Shown here in pieces: positions 25,051 to 37,383 of a DNA stretch of 64,000 nt (the first letter of the stretch is position 1; each line of letters opens with the position of its first letter). A program made the position numbers and the translations under genes. The DNA lies in NCBI GenBank assembly GCA_964036045.1, contig OZ038378.1, forward strand, positions 32,674,001 through 32,738,000, written 5' to 3'. The notes beneath the pieces were generated by a model that was not told where the DNA came from, did not search any database, and saw nothing but the letters and a program-made list of their open reading frames with translations. The stretch is from Eutreptiella sp. 'Long Island Sound 2002'. Lineage: Eukaryota; Protista; Euglenida.

Positions 25051-26161
25051 TCCTCTTTGCTTATCCATGTTGGTGCATGGATGCTCACTGTCGAAAGTGC
25101 AGGTCTGGTGTAGAGAATCCTCAAACGACAACGAAGACTAAGCCAACAAAGAAAGGATTCAACACTGCGGCAATCAACCATGGTACGCTATTTGGGGTGA
25201 ATGCCTTTCTGGAGAGCAGATCTCTTTCAGCGCTGCATGGAAGGGTAGCTTGGGTGTATCCGCTCTGCTTGATTCAAAAGCGGCGCCAGTGCGCCAACTT
25301 CAGCCCAAAGTACTTGGTGTGAGCGGGGTACGGAGTGTCTCCATTCTCTGGAAATTCTACAAGACTGTTTTTGATTTTGGACATGACTTCAATCTTTACT
25401 GTGGGCTCGTGTGGGGTAAGAGAATTACATCTAAGGTTTACAGCAGCCATACTGGCAGATACGAATGCATTTTACATCCACATCTGTCTGTCCATCTGTG
25501 CAGCGGAGGCCAGTAAAATTACGCAGTTGTCACATCCTGAAGAGGCACTCAGATACCACATTATAGACGCAGCTTGCTCATCTCCATGAATCTGTGTCAT
25601 ACTGCTCTGCTCCGGATCCGGTGCTGACGCAAATTGCATCGCATTTTTTACAAAGCAACTCACACACTACACTGGCCCACGATACTGATCCAAGCGGGAC
25701 GGAAGCAGGAATCCAAATGAGGGTGACTGTGTCAGCGCCTTGCGGGAGCAATTGCACAGAGCACAATGAACCACATGCTCAACAAACTTTCTCTGTGAAA
25801 CAATTGTTCCCCATTCACAGGCTGTGCACAGAGATACACACGCACAAACTCTCTCTCACTGGCCTTTATACAGACAGACCCATCTTCTACCACACCCTGA
25901 TGCATCCCCCCACTGCCAATGCAGGACGCAAAGAAGCCCAAATCAGACGTGAGTCATTGGTCTGCACTTCCGCCCCCGGTCTGACACCTCTTCGCCCTGA
26001 ATCCTTTGAGGGCTTGTGAGACTGGCAAAAATACAACAACTTTCGGCCAAATGACAATTGATCCCGGACCCATTCCATCTTTTGCCTATGCCCCCGCCCC
26101 TGTCCATAGCCTCCTCCTGCCCCCCAACCCCCACCCTCCACCCTCCAGCAAACCACATGCA

Positions 26162-26404
26162 TCAATCCTCTCGCCACACAGTGCCAGGAACGAGCAACAT
26201 CGTCTCCTCGGGGTCTTGAGGGAGGCTGTAAAACCGGTCCTCATTGAACTCCATCCACTCATTGTGCTTCATTAGCCTCAAGAGAGGCCACAATATACAG
26301 CTGCCGAGCACTACCGCCAGTAGTGTCACCTTTTGCCTCCACCCAGCCAACACAATGATAACGATTGTCATCAAGACAGTTGGCAGTAGCAGCAGGCAGC
26401 AGCC
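26162..26404 (-). CDS. Terminal exon of the APC polyamine/amino-acid permease (last two TM helices and tail)
   Basis: Acceptor ctccag|GGC in phase 0 with the previous exon: GCCLLLLPTVLMTIVIIVLAGWRQKVTLLAVVLGSCILWPLLRLMKHNEWMEF...RED*. Confidence 0.85.
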   Translation of the reverse strand, partial: GCCLLLLPTVLMTIVIIVLAGWRQKVTLLAVVLGSCILWPLLRLMKHNEWMEFNEDRFYSLPQDPEETMLLVPGTVWRED

Positions 26405-29118
26405 CTGGAGAATACGTAAGTGGAGTCTGTGCTGAGGACAGATCCATCTACAGTCTGCTTTTGCTGTTAAGCACACACTCGTACAACGACACTGTTCATC
26501 AAGAGCAAGCATTTTGCAACCTAAGTCAAGGACCAGAAATTCCTGACTTGGCTGGCAATTGCTTGCTGACAACACTCCCAAGGATAAATGGAGAAAAAGG
26601 AAAAGTGGTTGGGTTGGGGGGAGGGGGGGGGGGAGGGGAATGTGGGGAAATATGAAAAAATGGGGTCAACTGGGTGGAATTTGGGGAAAGGCGGAAGTGT
26701 ATCCAGGAAACAAGGTGTTGCAAATGGGCCTGGGCGCCTGCACTTCACCTAACAACCTCTCTCCGAGGTGATTTTCATCGTGAAGAATGCTTGCTTGGCC
26801 AGTTCATCCACAATGCCCAATATAGCGAGTGGCAGAAAGCATCCCACAACCGCCTACCACTTTGGTTAAAAAAAAACGCAGAATTTTTTGTTGCAGCCCA
26901 CGGATAACTAATTTTGAATAGGAAAGGAGATTTAATGGTTCCTATTTGGCGAAAATGGGGGGAGTACTTGCAGCATATGCACACTCACACTGCACACTAC
27001 TTTTGTGGCAAGATCCTGATTTGTATCCCCTTCCAAAAAGGCCCCTAAGGAGAGCAAATCCTTTGGCCACAAAAACTGTATAAACCCCTCCTTCCCACAA
27101 ACATGGCACAATTAAGAGCACAATACCAGTGGCACCCACTTCATAATTTTTGGAATGGTCCGTGGCGGTTGTGGCCCTTCATGGTCCCAAAACAGTACAC
27201 CCGCAGAGGTGGCCGGTGTGAGAAGAAAAATCCAACTGACAACACAACAGCTTTCCCATAGATATCACCAAATGGCCGCATTGCGCGCGCAATGCGTCAG
27301 GTGCTCCCCCATGGAGAGGCGAGTCACATGGTTGTGTTGTGACACCTATGATGGTGCCACTAAACCCCATGTGATAAATAATGCATGAAAATCATGACAT
27401 TTATCACGTATACAATGGCTTTGTCACCGCTCTTGGTTTCGAGAGACACAAAGAACATGAAAATTGCAAAGATCAAAATAGCAAATACGGTGCGATTGCA
27501 CTCGTGTGTCTACCCGCAATGGTTTCTTTTGATACACAACCACAAATGCCTTATAAACATGTAGAATGCTCATCATCATAGAGTAATGACTGCTTGGATG
27601 TAGCTGGGCTGCATGTGCAGAGGTAACCTCTGGGTCACTCCACAATGACAGCCAAAATAAGGGTTGTGGGTGTAAAGAACTTTGGGGTCACATAAGTTGG
27701 TGTGTGCACCATCATGTGTCGTGCCAGGATCAAACTGCGAGGCACCTAAATGTGGAGTGAATCATTGCTTACTAACGACATTTATGTGTGATGACTAGCT
27801 TAGAGTTGGTGTCATAAAGTTGTTGTGTGTTTGGGAACCCAGGTGTGCACAATTTGCACTGTTTCCTGAAGAAATCAGGGCCCAAACTGCTATGGAGCGC
27901 GTCAATCTTGGGGCAATATTTTGACACTGTTCGTAGGGCATGCTTCCAACTCTCAAGCTGTTTGTTTCACCTGCTTTGCTCTTTGAAGGCCTTGTGCAGG
28001 TGAGTCCTTGGCAGGACTTGACCATTTTCAGCGTCAGTGGTTTAAAACCATAAATCCTGCAAAATACATTTGTCATACTGTGACCACCCAATGTGATCAT
28101 TAATCGCTTGTGAAGCCTTTCATTTGGACCCTCTTTCTGTGTTGACCCTTGGGGTGGCCTTGGTTCCCTTCGGTAACAATGGTCCACAAACAACTGAGCT
28201 ATTTACAGTCTTGGGGGCTACCACAGACTTCTTTTGACAAGTCCTTTGGAAAAGACTATTTGGCTCTACTTTGTTATTCTAACCTTGTTTGATCTTTTTC
28301 GGTTGCTGGTGGAGTCATTGCAGAGGAGACGCTTCATTAGAGCTGGAAGCTGAAAAACCGAACACTCAAAAACAGATTTTTCTCATTCACATTGTAACCA
28401 CTGAGACGCATTGCAGATTCAAAAAGACAGTGGCATGTGCAGTATCCCCAAAATGTCCCCAGGCCCTGCTGATGGCTGGGTCAATGTCACAACATCTGGG
28501 GATGTGAGACGCTCAGCGATGGTCTTGATACACCGCATGAGCAGAGCTGCAGCGAAGAAAACTGGCTGCATGCCGGAGCTTCGAAGAGTCAGATAACGTC
28601 CAATTCGGATATTACAATAGCCAACTGCAGCACTTACAATCCATATCACCCTCGATGGAGGCACATGCAGCACCAATCACTTTTTCACTGTGCTCACAGG
28701 CGTGACTGTCCCGTGAGCCTTTTTTGTTCAAAGGGATAACGCATGTCAGGATCAACACAGAGATTCCGTCCCTCCCACCCGCAACCACGTGCTTTGCAAA
28801 CATCCCACGCCAGCCCATGCCCGTACCTTGTGCAAGGTGCCTAAATTGCAAACGAAGCGAGCAATGGATCGTCACAACATTATTTCATGGGCACTTCTGC
28901 AAAGCCCTCCCCAACTGTCAGCCATATTCTTTCAATTCACCTTACCACTGCCCTGGCACCTCCTTACCCCTGCTACTGCCTCAGATTGCGCCCCCCAACA
29001 AATGGGGCCGCATCCACCCATGACCGCAGTGTCCCTCTCTTCCCCCCTTTCCTTCAGAAGCCCTCTGAAAGCCCCGTTTCCACCCGCTAAAAGTGCCAGT
29101 CAAGAAACTGCCACACAC

Positions 29119-29253
29119 CCAAAGTGGCAGTGGAACGCGGTAGGGCCGTGGCCAGCACGGGTGCCTCCAGCGCAGGTACAAGAAGGCCGCAAACTCGAGC
29201 AGTGCTGCCATGCAATACAAAAGGTTGAGGAGCTCCACAATAGAGTCAAATTT
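29119..29253 (-). CDS. Internal exon of an APC-superfamily polyamine/amino-acid permease (PUT/LAT-like)
   Basis: Acceptor ctttccag, 135 nt, phase 0/0: KFDSIVELLNLLYCMAALLEFAAFLYLRWRHPCWPRPYRVPLPLW; the LEFxAF..LR..HP...RPY motif is typical of PUT/RMV1-like permeases; donor GT at 29118. Confidence 0.87.
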
Positions 29254-30489
29254 CTGGAAAGCTCCAAAACAAATACCTGGCAAGGAACGGGGGGGCTTGA
29301 AGGATAAGGGCCTAGGCTGAAGCAAACAGGAGAGCGTTGTGGAGGGCCTTGATTGGTGCTGCCTGGTTTTGTTGAGCACAATTTGCACGATCTGGGACTG
29401 ATCAGAATTCCATTCGACGCTGGACTTGTAGTGACCTTAAGAAATCTTAGTCCCTCGGGGTAAGGGCTTGATGGATGAGGGGTTTGGAGGGTTCGCCTCG
29501 CAGCAAAGTCCACTCCAATTTCAGAACTTCACAAGGGGAGCTGTGTGGGGTGCTGCATGGTAGCGCAAGCATCCAGCAAAGTCCAGCAGAGAGGGGGAGG
29601 CCCATGGGTAGGTTGCCGTCCCCCCACCCTTGCTCCTTGGAGCAGTCACTCGGGTGGTGTGCCCTTTGGCCCCCCCCGCTTACGCGGACAGTTGCACTGC
29701 CACCCAGCCACGTGGCCCGGGAAGGCCCCAGGGCAGGGCAGCGCTTGGGCTCCCTGGGCCCCTCCACCTGCCAAGTCCTAGCGCCGTGGGGAAGCAGTCC
29801 AGCCACAGGCAGCGCCACCTGTGCCAATGCAGTTAAGGAGCGCGAACCACCCCAGTCGAGTGCGGGGCAGGCCTCCCCCATGCCAGCGGCAGTTGAAGGG
29901 GCCCAGACAGCATGTCAATAGACGAGGAGGCAGCGTGTTCAGACCAGCTACTCCCTCGGGGGCTTAGCGTAAGACTCCCCTAGCCTCTCAACTCCCGCCT
30001 CCCAGCACCATGCCCCCTCACCCTTCAGCCATGGAACCCGACACAAGACCAACGTCCAATTCCCTAGCGTTCTCTCCCTCCTCGCTATCCGACATGTGGA
30101 GCAATTTGGTGCCCACAGCTCCGCGGAGCCACTCTGGAAACACATGTTGACCTAGCTTATGTACCCCTTGCGAGCAGCCAGTAAGAAAACTTTTGAATGG
30201 GGAGTGAATATGGCCAATATGGGTGCACAAACCTACCGTTTTGGCCGCAACAGGCTTCTTTCATAGGGTTAGGTTGATAGCCATAGTCTTAAAAATTCTA
30301 AAAAAACATGAAATCCGGGTGCTTGCGAAAAGAAATGGCCCTTTTCTTACGTGCTAAGGTGCCACGGTGCCCCCCAAATTCCGCTATTCACACCGTACAA
30401 CTCGCCTCTGTCTGCGGCGACGGTGCGAATGCGCATATTCGCAAAAATCGGCTGAGTTCGACGCTAACATTTATCATGTGCGCGCACAT

Positions 30490-33400
30490 GTTCACCATGC
30501 CGTGTGCCACATCAAGTCACAAGTGCAATCAAAACCCATGGTTGTATCCACATGTCCTACGTCCGCTGCTTGCAGATTCTGGGACGTTGTTTGAAGATAT
30601 GTACACGGTTGATGTCACTAAATGCCCTCTTGCCGGCCCGGCTAGCCAATCGCCACACATTCATGGGCCCCTGTCCAGGCATGGACCTCTTGGTGACATC
30701 CCACCCCTCTCGGCGAAGGCTGTCATCTATGGTGTGGTTGTCAACCACAACTTGCACCTCTAGGCGGCTGCACAGGAGGCTTGTGTCCCCACTATTGCGC
30801 AGCATGCGCTTTAGCCTACAATAGCCGCCTTCCATGGCAAAGCATGAAAATTTGGAGAGGATTCTTAGGCCACACAAACTACCCCTCCCTCCCCCCCCCT
30901 AGGCTACCAGGGGCCATGCTGGCCCAAGGGGGGCTACACCCAAAAATGGGGTATGAAGTTTTCACATAGGGGACCCCTTGCACCTGGTGAGGGGAAATGG
31001 AGTGTTTTATGTTTCAAAAGTGGTATTCTCATGCAACCAGATCCAAGGGTGTGCCACACAATAACCATACATGCATATTGAGAGGGACTGCACTCGAACT
31101 CAATTTTTGTAATACCTCAACCATTTCAAGTGTACCACACATACGGATTATGCACCACTGCACTGCATGAGAAGCAACACGATGGCACACCCCTGACATT
31201 CAGTCACGCAGTGTGTGAGTGCACAACAACTGTCAACCGACAGACAACCAAATCCACCATCAATGAGGTCTCTGTTTGCCAATGTAGAGACCCCTAGACG
31301 AAAGTTGTGCTAGACCTTACAAAACCTTTATAATGCATTATGTATTCTTCAAAAACAACAAACCTGGACGAAATTTTTGCCAGCTCAACTGAAACAAAAA
31401 AAAACAGCTTAGGCCATTGTAAGAACAAGTGGGCTTTGCACATTAGCATGCTGCATTCACGTAACCTTCGTACATTCCCCCCGGAGAGCCATCTTCTTTG
31501 CCATGCATATACACACATGTGGGCAAAACTTTCCCACCACTCCCTACAAACATGCCCCCATAGTCTTCCTCCCACCCGCTTGCAGTTCATACTCCCCTCC
31601 CACCTCCATCCGCGCATGAATTGCAAAGCCGCGGCGCACTCCAACGTAACCTTTCCCTTCCCATTTGCCTTGTCATTATTCAACCTACCCTTTGTTACCG
31701 TCTTTGCTTCCATGCGGACAACGTCTAGAATGCATTGAAAAAATTTTCAGACAACAACAGCCGCAGACTTGCCAGTGGCAGCCAACACCGGGTCTTGCAT
31801 GCCTGATATACCACAAATAGTTGCGGAAGGATGGGGGGGGGGGGGTAGAGGTGTTGAATGCATTGGTGGTTGCTATGGAGGATGCTGGTATCAGTCTAGC
31901 ACACACACAAAGCACAACTAGCCCTACTATGTTGAACCCCAGGGGGGAACCTAGCTCACAAGGCCACCCTAGAGGCGACTTGAGTGACTCCATAGCCCCT
32001 GTCATAGCGCATAGCGCATGGACATGGAGCTTCAAAATTTGCACCGCCACCTCCCTCCTGTGGGGCCCCAACAGGACCATCCCTTGCCCCCCCCCGCCCC
32101 CTGGTGGATACGAGTACATACACATCACGCATGCGCAGCGACCAGCGGTGCTGGCAGAGGACTCATGCGCACGCGGTCAAGGGGGGGAAGGGTTCAAGCT
32201 CCAAGCTGCCCTTGGCAACAAGAGACTAAAAAAAACAAGCGGCAAAAGTGCAGTGTGGGGCACGTTCCACTCTCGCCCACGCAGGTGCTCCACGGCAGCT
32301 TGCTCCCCTACACCTTTTTGGTTAGCCCACCTACCAGGCTATTGCGTTAGGAGAACCCCCCCCCCCCCAAACCCGGGGGGTGTGGGTGGGTGGGTCAGAG
32401 GCCAAAAAAAAGTTTGTGTACCTAAAATCACCCTCAAAATTCCGGCCCCTTTGATAGATTTCATTTTTTGCTGGATGAAAATTCTTCTGATGTGGGGGGG
32501 GGGGGGCAGTGGGCCGGGGCTGGCCAGGGCCCCAAACGCCCCCCCCCCCCAGGTCCTTGTATTCGCAGCTACAGGTGCAGACGCAGATGAGGCCGCGGCC
32601 TTTATGGCAGGTTCTAGGGCCTTGTCTGCACGTATGGTGGTGGTGCATGAACGTCCAGTCCGTGCCACCATTGTGGGTGCGTTGACATGGCTGCGTCTGA
32701 ATTCGGTGGGCTCCGTGCTGGTCTTTACGACCCCGGCAGTAGTACACTCGCTCCCTCTGGGCCCAAACAATTTGGACTTGCAGCTTTCGTGGTGATGTCA
32801 CATCTCCCGGTGCTTGTTCCCTACTGAAGTGGTGCATGTGGGCGGGTTCATGTCTCCGAATGCTGTGCCCCTTGCCTGCTGTTCAGCTCGACATCCCAAG
32901 ACGCAAGTGAGACTGCCCCTAGGAAACGTGTGTGGAAACTTCACTGTGCCAGTCTCGGGCTGGGTTTGTGGTGGTTTGTGTGGCTCCGCGTCCAGCGCAG
33001 GGCAGCCTGCGACACGACCAGCCGACGCAAATTGTTGGCCTGGCTATGTGCCTAGCAGGTGTTGGACACACTCCCATCCCATCCCATCCCCCCTGGTGGT
33101 TGCGACCTCTGTAGAAGGCCACCGTAGGGGTGACCTACGTGACTTCACAGCCTTTGTCATAGCGCATGGGCATGGAGCTCCGCAGCCTGCACCGCCACCA
33201 CCCTCCTGTGGGACCCCACCAGGATCATCCCTTGCTCCAACCCCCCCCCCTTGGCGGACCGCACCAGTCCAAATGAGTTGGATGCAGCACATGTGCACTG
33301 CGACCGTGCCTTGGTAGAGTGGGCGGACCTTAAAGAACATATGGTGAAATGCTTTCCCAATGTGCAAATGTCCAAGTTGTGGAAGGCCTTGGGCCCCCGA

Positions 33401-34456
33401 AAGGGCGCATGCACAATGGGTTCATGTGTGGTGTGTCCTTGCGCTATTGCGAACATATTGTCGTGTTGAAGCCACTTTAGAGCGGGCCATATCATTGCGT
33501 GGGAGGTTCACCGATAGTGTGCAGGACCTTGTGGAGGCACATGTCCTTAGCATGTGCATGGCATTGCATTCCAACCTTCCCCCTTTACAGCGATGGCCAA
33601 AGGGACAAGGAGTGCCAGTGGCCCGGCACTTAGTTGCTCGTGCATGGTTGGATGTGCGACTACAGCAAAGGGTTTCATGGCAATTGAATGCACGAGAACC
33701 CATGGAAGCTACGATGCTTCAATGCCTGCAAGATAATGAGGCAATGGCTGATGATAGTGACATTCCGCCTTTTTTTGGCGGGCCGGGGACACCACTGGCC
33801 ACAAGGCACCATTTAGAAAGGGTGTTGAACGACACAAGGTAGAGGTGGTCACAGTTCTTGCACCATATGGCACCCATGACACACATGTTGGGAATCATGC
33901 CCTATTCATCTTGCACAAAGGTATGGAGTGTGCCACATGCAAATAGTCAGATGGCACCTAGTGCCACACATGTTTGGTTTGTGATGCATGCTTTTCTAGA
34001 ACTGCACACCCTTGCACATAGGTATCGGTGATTGTTGCACATGATGTGCGTGAGAATGTTGATTACAATAGCGCCGATGAATTGGCTACACCACGTAAGC
34101 CAGAGAGGCGGGGTGTTGCCATGATGCAGGCAAAGTTGGTAACGGCAGCACAAAGTGTCAAGCTACATGATTGGACAAGGGCCACATTGTCCCATTGCCT
34201 GAATGTGCTTCGCGTGAGAATACCAACTGGTCGCAACCGTAGACAAGCAAGGGACATTGCTATGCAGCATGCCTTTCCCTTGTCGGCACAGTGGGATGCC
34301 TTTGTGCCCAATACAAACTGTGTGACCTGTTCTATAGCACCGCCTCGCAGCTCACAATCTTGCTGCTCCCAAGCTATGCATGACATGGATGGACTTATTG
34401 ATGAACGGGATGCCGGCGTTCTCATGTGTGTGTGTACATGCTTGCTTGTGTTTTGA
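30490..34456 (+). pseudogene. Degenerate SF2-helicase-like / Cys-rich hypothetical gene, copy 1
   Basis: Exon from 32326 (after MITE removal) reads PTYQVLVFAATGADADEAAAFM...MVVVHERP...ALTWLR...SVLVFTT, resembling a HELICc domain. Blocks shared with copy 2: SRHxxPL, EGHxxGxL, KxWxALxPR, EATM, DxP...GGPG. Confidence 0.5.
32339..32553. mobile_element. 215-bp MITE-like insertion with CCAGG direct duplication
   Basis: CCAGG at 32334-38 and 32549-53; weak terminal inversion (gcgttaggag / gcgtttgggg). Removal yields ttttggttag|CCC ACC TAC CAG GTC CTT in frame. Confidence 0.6.
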
Positions 34457-36539
34457 CATTGCGCATGATTTCTAGATTTGTGTAATTACCATCTTTTGTG
34501 TTTTCCAAGGTGTTTCCCCGTTGATCCCCATTGATTTATGGCGGCTTCTCAATTTTCCCATGTTCCAAGCTCTCCCATTTTAGCCATTTTCATCTTTTGC
34601 GGCATAGCTCATTTTTACATACCTGTTTTTTTTATGTACCATTTTTTCTATTCCAGTTGCTCAGATTTTTTTCCTCCTTGAATTTCTCATCGCCCAGATC
34701 CATGGCACCTTCATTGTATTATTTTTATCAGGGGGGGGGGGCATCAAAATTGGGCCCACGCCCCCTCTTCCTACAAGCATCAGGCCCATACCTCACATCA
34801 AAGATCTTCTTGGATACACAACAAACAAAACACGCAACATGAGACATCAGACATCAAACCTTGTGCACAAACTTGCTTGCATGTACTTGTTGCTTTCTTA
34901 TACTTTTGGGTGGGGGAAGCGCTTGGAATGCGATGTGAACGGCATCGCACTGCAAAATATGCACTTCTGCTCTTGCTTTATGCCATTGTTGTTCTATCGT
35001 CATGCCCCGTGGTACCGGAAAAAAGGGGAGAAACACCTTCACCCATATCAAATCCAAAAAACAAAAGGCGTGCCGACTCAAACAAGAGATCACATGACTG
35101 GAGCTAGGCGCTCCTTACACGGTGGGACACAACTGCATGGAGGTGTCATGGGTGGTTGTCCGGTACCTCTGGGCTAACCGGGGTGCAACGCATCAACCAG
35201 TTAGTGCAATGCTACAAGGGCACCCACATAAAATTGGCAAAATGCCGCCCCAACGTGTAGGGAGCCACAAGGGTCTCCTCACTCAAAGGCTCATTGTGTT
35301 GCTCTTGCAAACCTTGGCATGCAATGATGAAACGACATGCAACACAATGGGCGGGTTGCATCAAAGGTTGGTTCAACCGCTCTTGCCTTGTCAGTTGCAA
35401 GTGGTCATGTGGCGCAGGTCGGGTTGCCCCTTTTGGCAGAGTTGCCTCAAGCAACAACTAGTTGCGCCGCAACGTAGTTGCACCTGTACTTGAGGCTACA
35501 CTGCTAGATTCGCCTCAATGGGTACCTTGGCAGGGGGCAACCATTCGCTGACAAGTGGTTTGGGCCCAATTGTTGCTTGAGGCAACACATATGGCCACAA
35601 GGCCACCACAATTTTGTTTTGATGCGCAAAGTGTAGAAGTGCTCCACTTAAGCAGTGGGACATTGAGTACCACCTTTACAAAAAGGCCACTTACCCATTG
35701 TTGGCAATGCACACACCAATGAGCAGGTGATCTGCCGCATCTCAGTGGCCTTCACAGTAGTTGGCCGCCCCCCTAGTGCCGCTATGCGGCCACCATCAAC
35801 ACCTACTTGGCGCACCTTCATCCGATGCCACAATGCACAAGTGGTCTCATGATAGTTTACACCAGGGCCCCCATCCTCACGTGTGGGTAGAGGGACATCA
35901 CACGTAGTGTACATCAGTCGTCACAATGCTGGGACACCATCCTCATGAACCACATCCAAATCGTAGGTTGCCATGAGTTCTGCCAACTTGTGCCACATTG
36001 TTGCCTCCACTTGAGGGATGGCTGTCCATCCCAACTATCCAATAGCCAGGAAAATCACGCCATATTTCAGTATGGCTTTCTCCAATACATTTTCCGGGTG
36101 CCAATCAGGAACCGGGTCCATTGCGAGGGTGTTGGACAACGTTCACGGTTTCAAAGCTTGCCAAGGTTTGCACGGTCCAGGAGTGTGTGCACTACGACGC
36201 TCCGAGAGCTCAGGGTAAGAGTCCATTGCTGGACCCCAGTGCTCGAAGTTGAACATGGGCTTGTCTTGAGGCTCAGCAGCCGGCTCATGGGGTGCGCCGC
36301 CGGAAGCACTCTGCTGGAACCCCCCCCCTTCCAGCACAATTGTGTAACACATCCTACTTTCCCATGCAAAAGTCGCTGCCTTCACCCAATGGACCCCCAA
36401 ATGGCTTGCACTATGACCCTCTTGCTGGTACAAATCTTGGGTGTTCGTGGTCACTGCGTCCTTGCGGAGCACTTGGGAACGCAAAAGGTGCTAGAAGTAG
36501 TGCTAGATCCCCCTTCTTGCGGGCTTCTTGCAACTTTTT

Positions 36540-36650
36540 AGGCCCCCTTCCAACGCTAGAACCCCCGCTGGAACCCCGTTCCAACGAACTCTTCCAGCGC
36601 TAGAAGGGGGTTCGAACGGGGGTTCCGGCGCCGGAACCCCCCCTTCCGGC
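36540..36650. repeat. GCTAGAACCCC / GGAACCCC / TTCCAGCG motif cluster
   Basis: ccttccaacgctagaacccccgctggaaccccgttccaacg...ggggttccggcgccggaacccccc; same family as 41510-41650 and 43120-43290. Confidence 0.7.
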
Positions 36651-37383
36651 ACACATGCCAACTTAACCAAATGGCGCACCACTGGCAAAAACACATTCCA
36701 TCTCAACTCATTTGTGCACCACAATGTCCTTGTACTTCAACGCCGTTGTCTTTTAAATAGTGCACGGCCCTTGCGCGCAATGTAGTGCCGCAAGCCAATT
36801 TGCATTGTCTCCATTTTAAGCACATGGCGCAAGCCACGTTTTGACACGCGTGGCTTTTGGAGCGACAATCCACGCGTGGAGTCTTTCACCTGCATCTTAA
36901 ATCGGCGGTGCCGGTGTTCGGCGGGTACACTGGAGAATAGATGTAAAGTGCGATGTTTGGGAGGGAAGCATTGGGAGTGGGCGACAATCCAATGGACCCA
37001 TGGGGTGGCCTTCCATCCCTATTTCACCCAACATGTGCCAATGCTTGCACACAAAGCTTTGGTAGAGGCCACCTCGACGTAGGTAAGAGGTTTTTTTTTA
37101 CAGCATAGTCTTTGAAGTGCACCAAAATCGGGCAAAAAAAACAGCAACGAGAACATACATACATACACCATTGCAAATAGTAGTTGGAAAGTGCGTCATG
37201 AGGGCTGACGTGAGCCGTTGTTGTAATGGGGGTCGGTCCCCAAAAGAGTGGGCCGTGCTGATATCAAATGTTCCCTCCTTTGCCTTTCGAGGGAGAAGGT
37301 CCTTTGACTCTGCCACTAGAACAAAGAGAGCCTGATGCAAAAGATCAGCCCAAATTTCATGAAATTCACGGGCAATGGCACGT

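Noticed and set aside
23937-25322. 461-aa Pro/Gly/Thr-rich ORF and overlapping ORFs
   Set aside because: Produced by the 42-bp (multiple-of-3) minisatellite; open on both strands with no domain.
30020-30137. Exon-like segment (EWLRGAVGTKLLHMSDSEEGENARELDVG...) on the minus strand
   Set aside because: Splice sites look plausible, but the hydrophilic peptide does not fit the permease segment expected upstream; unassigned.
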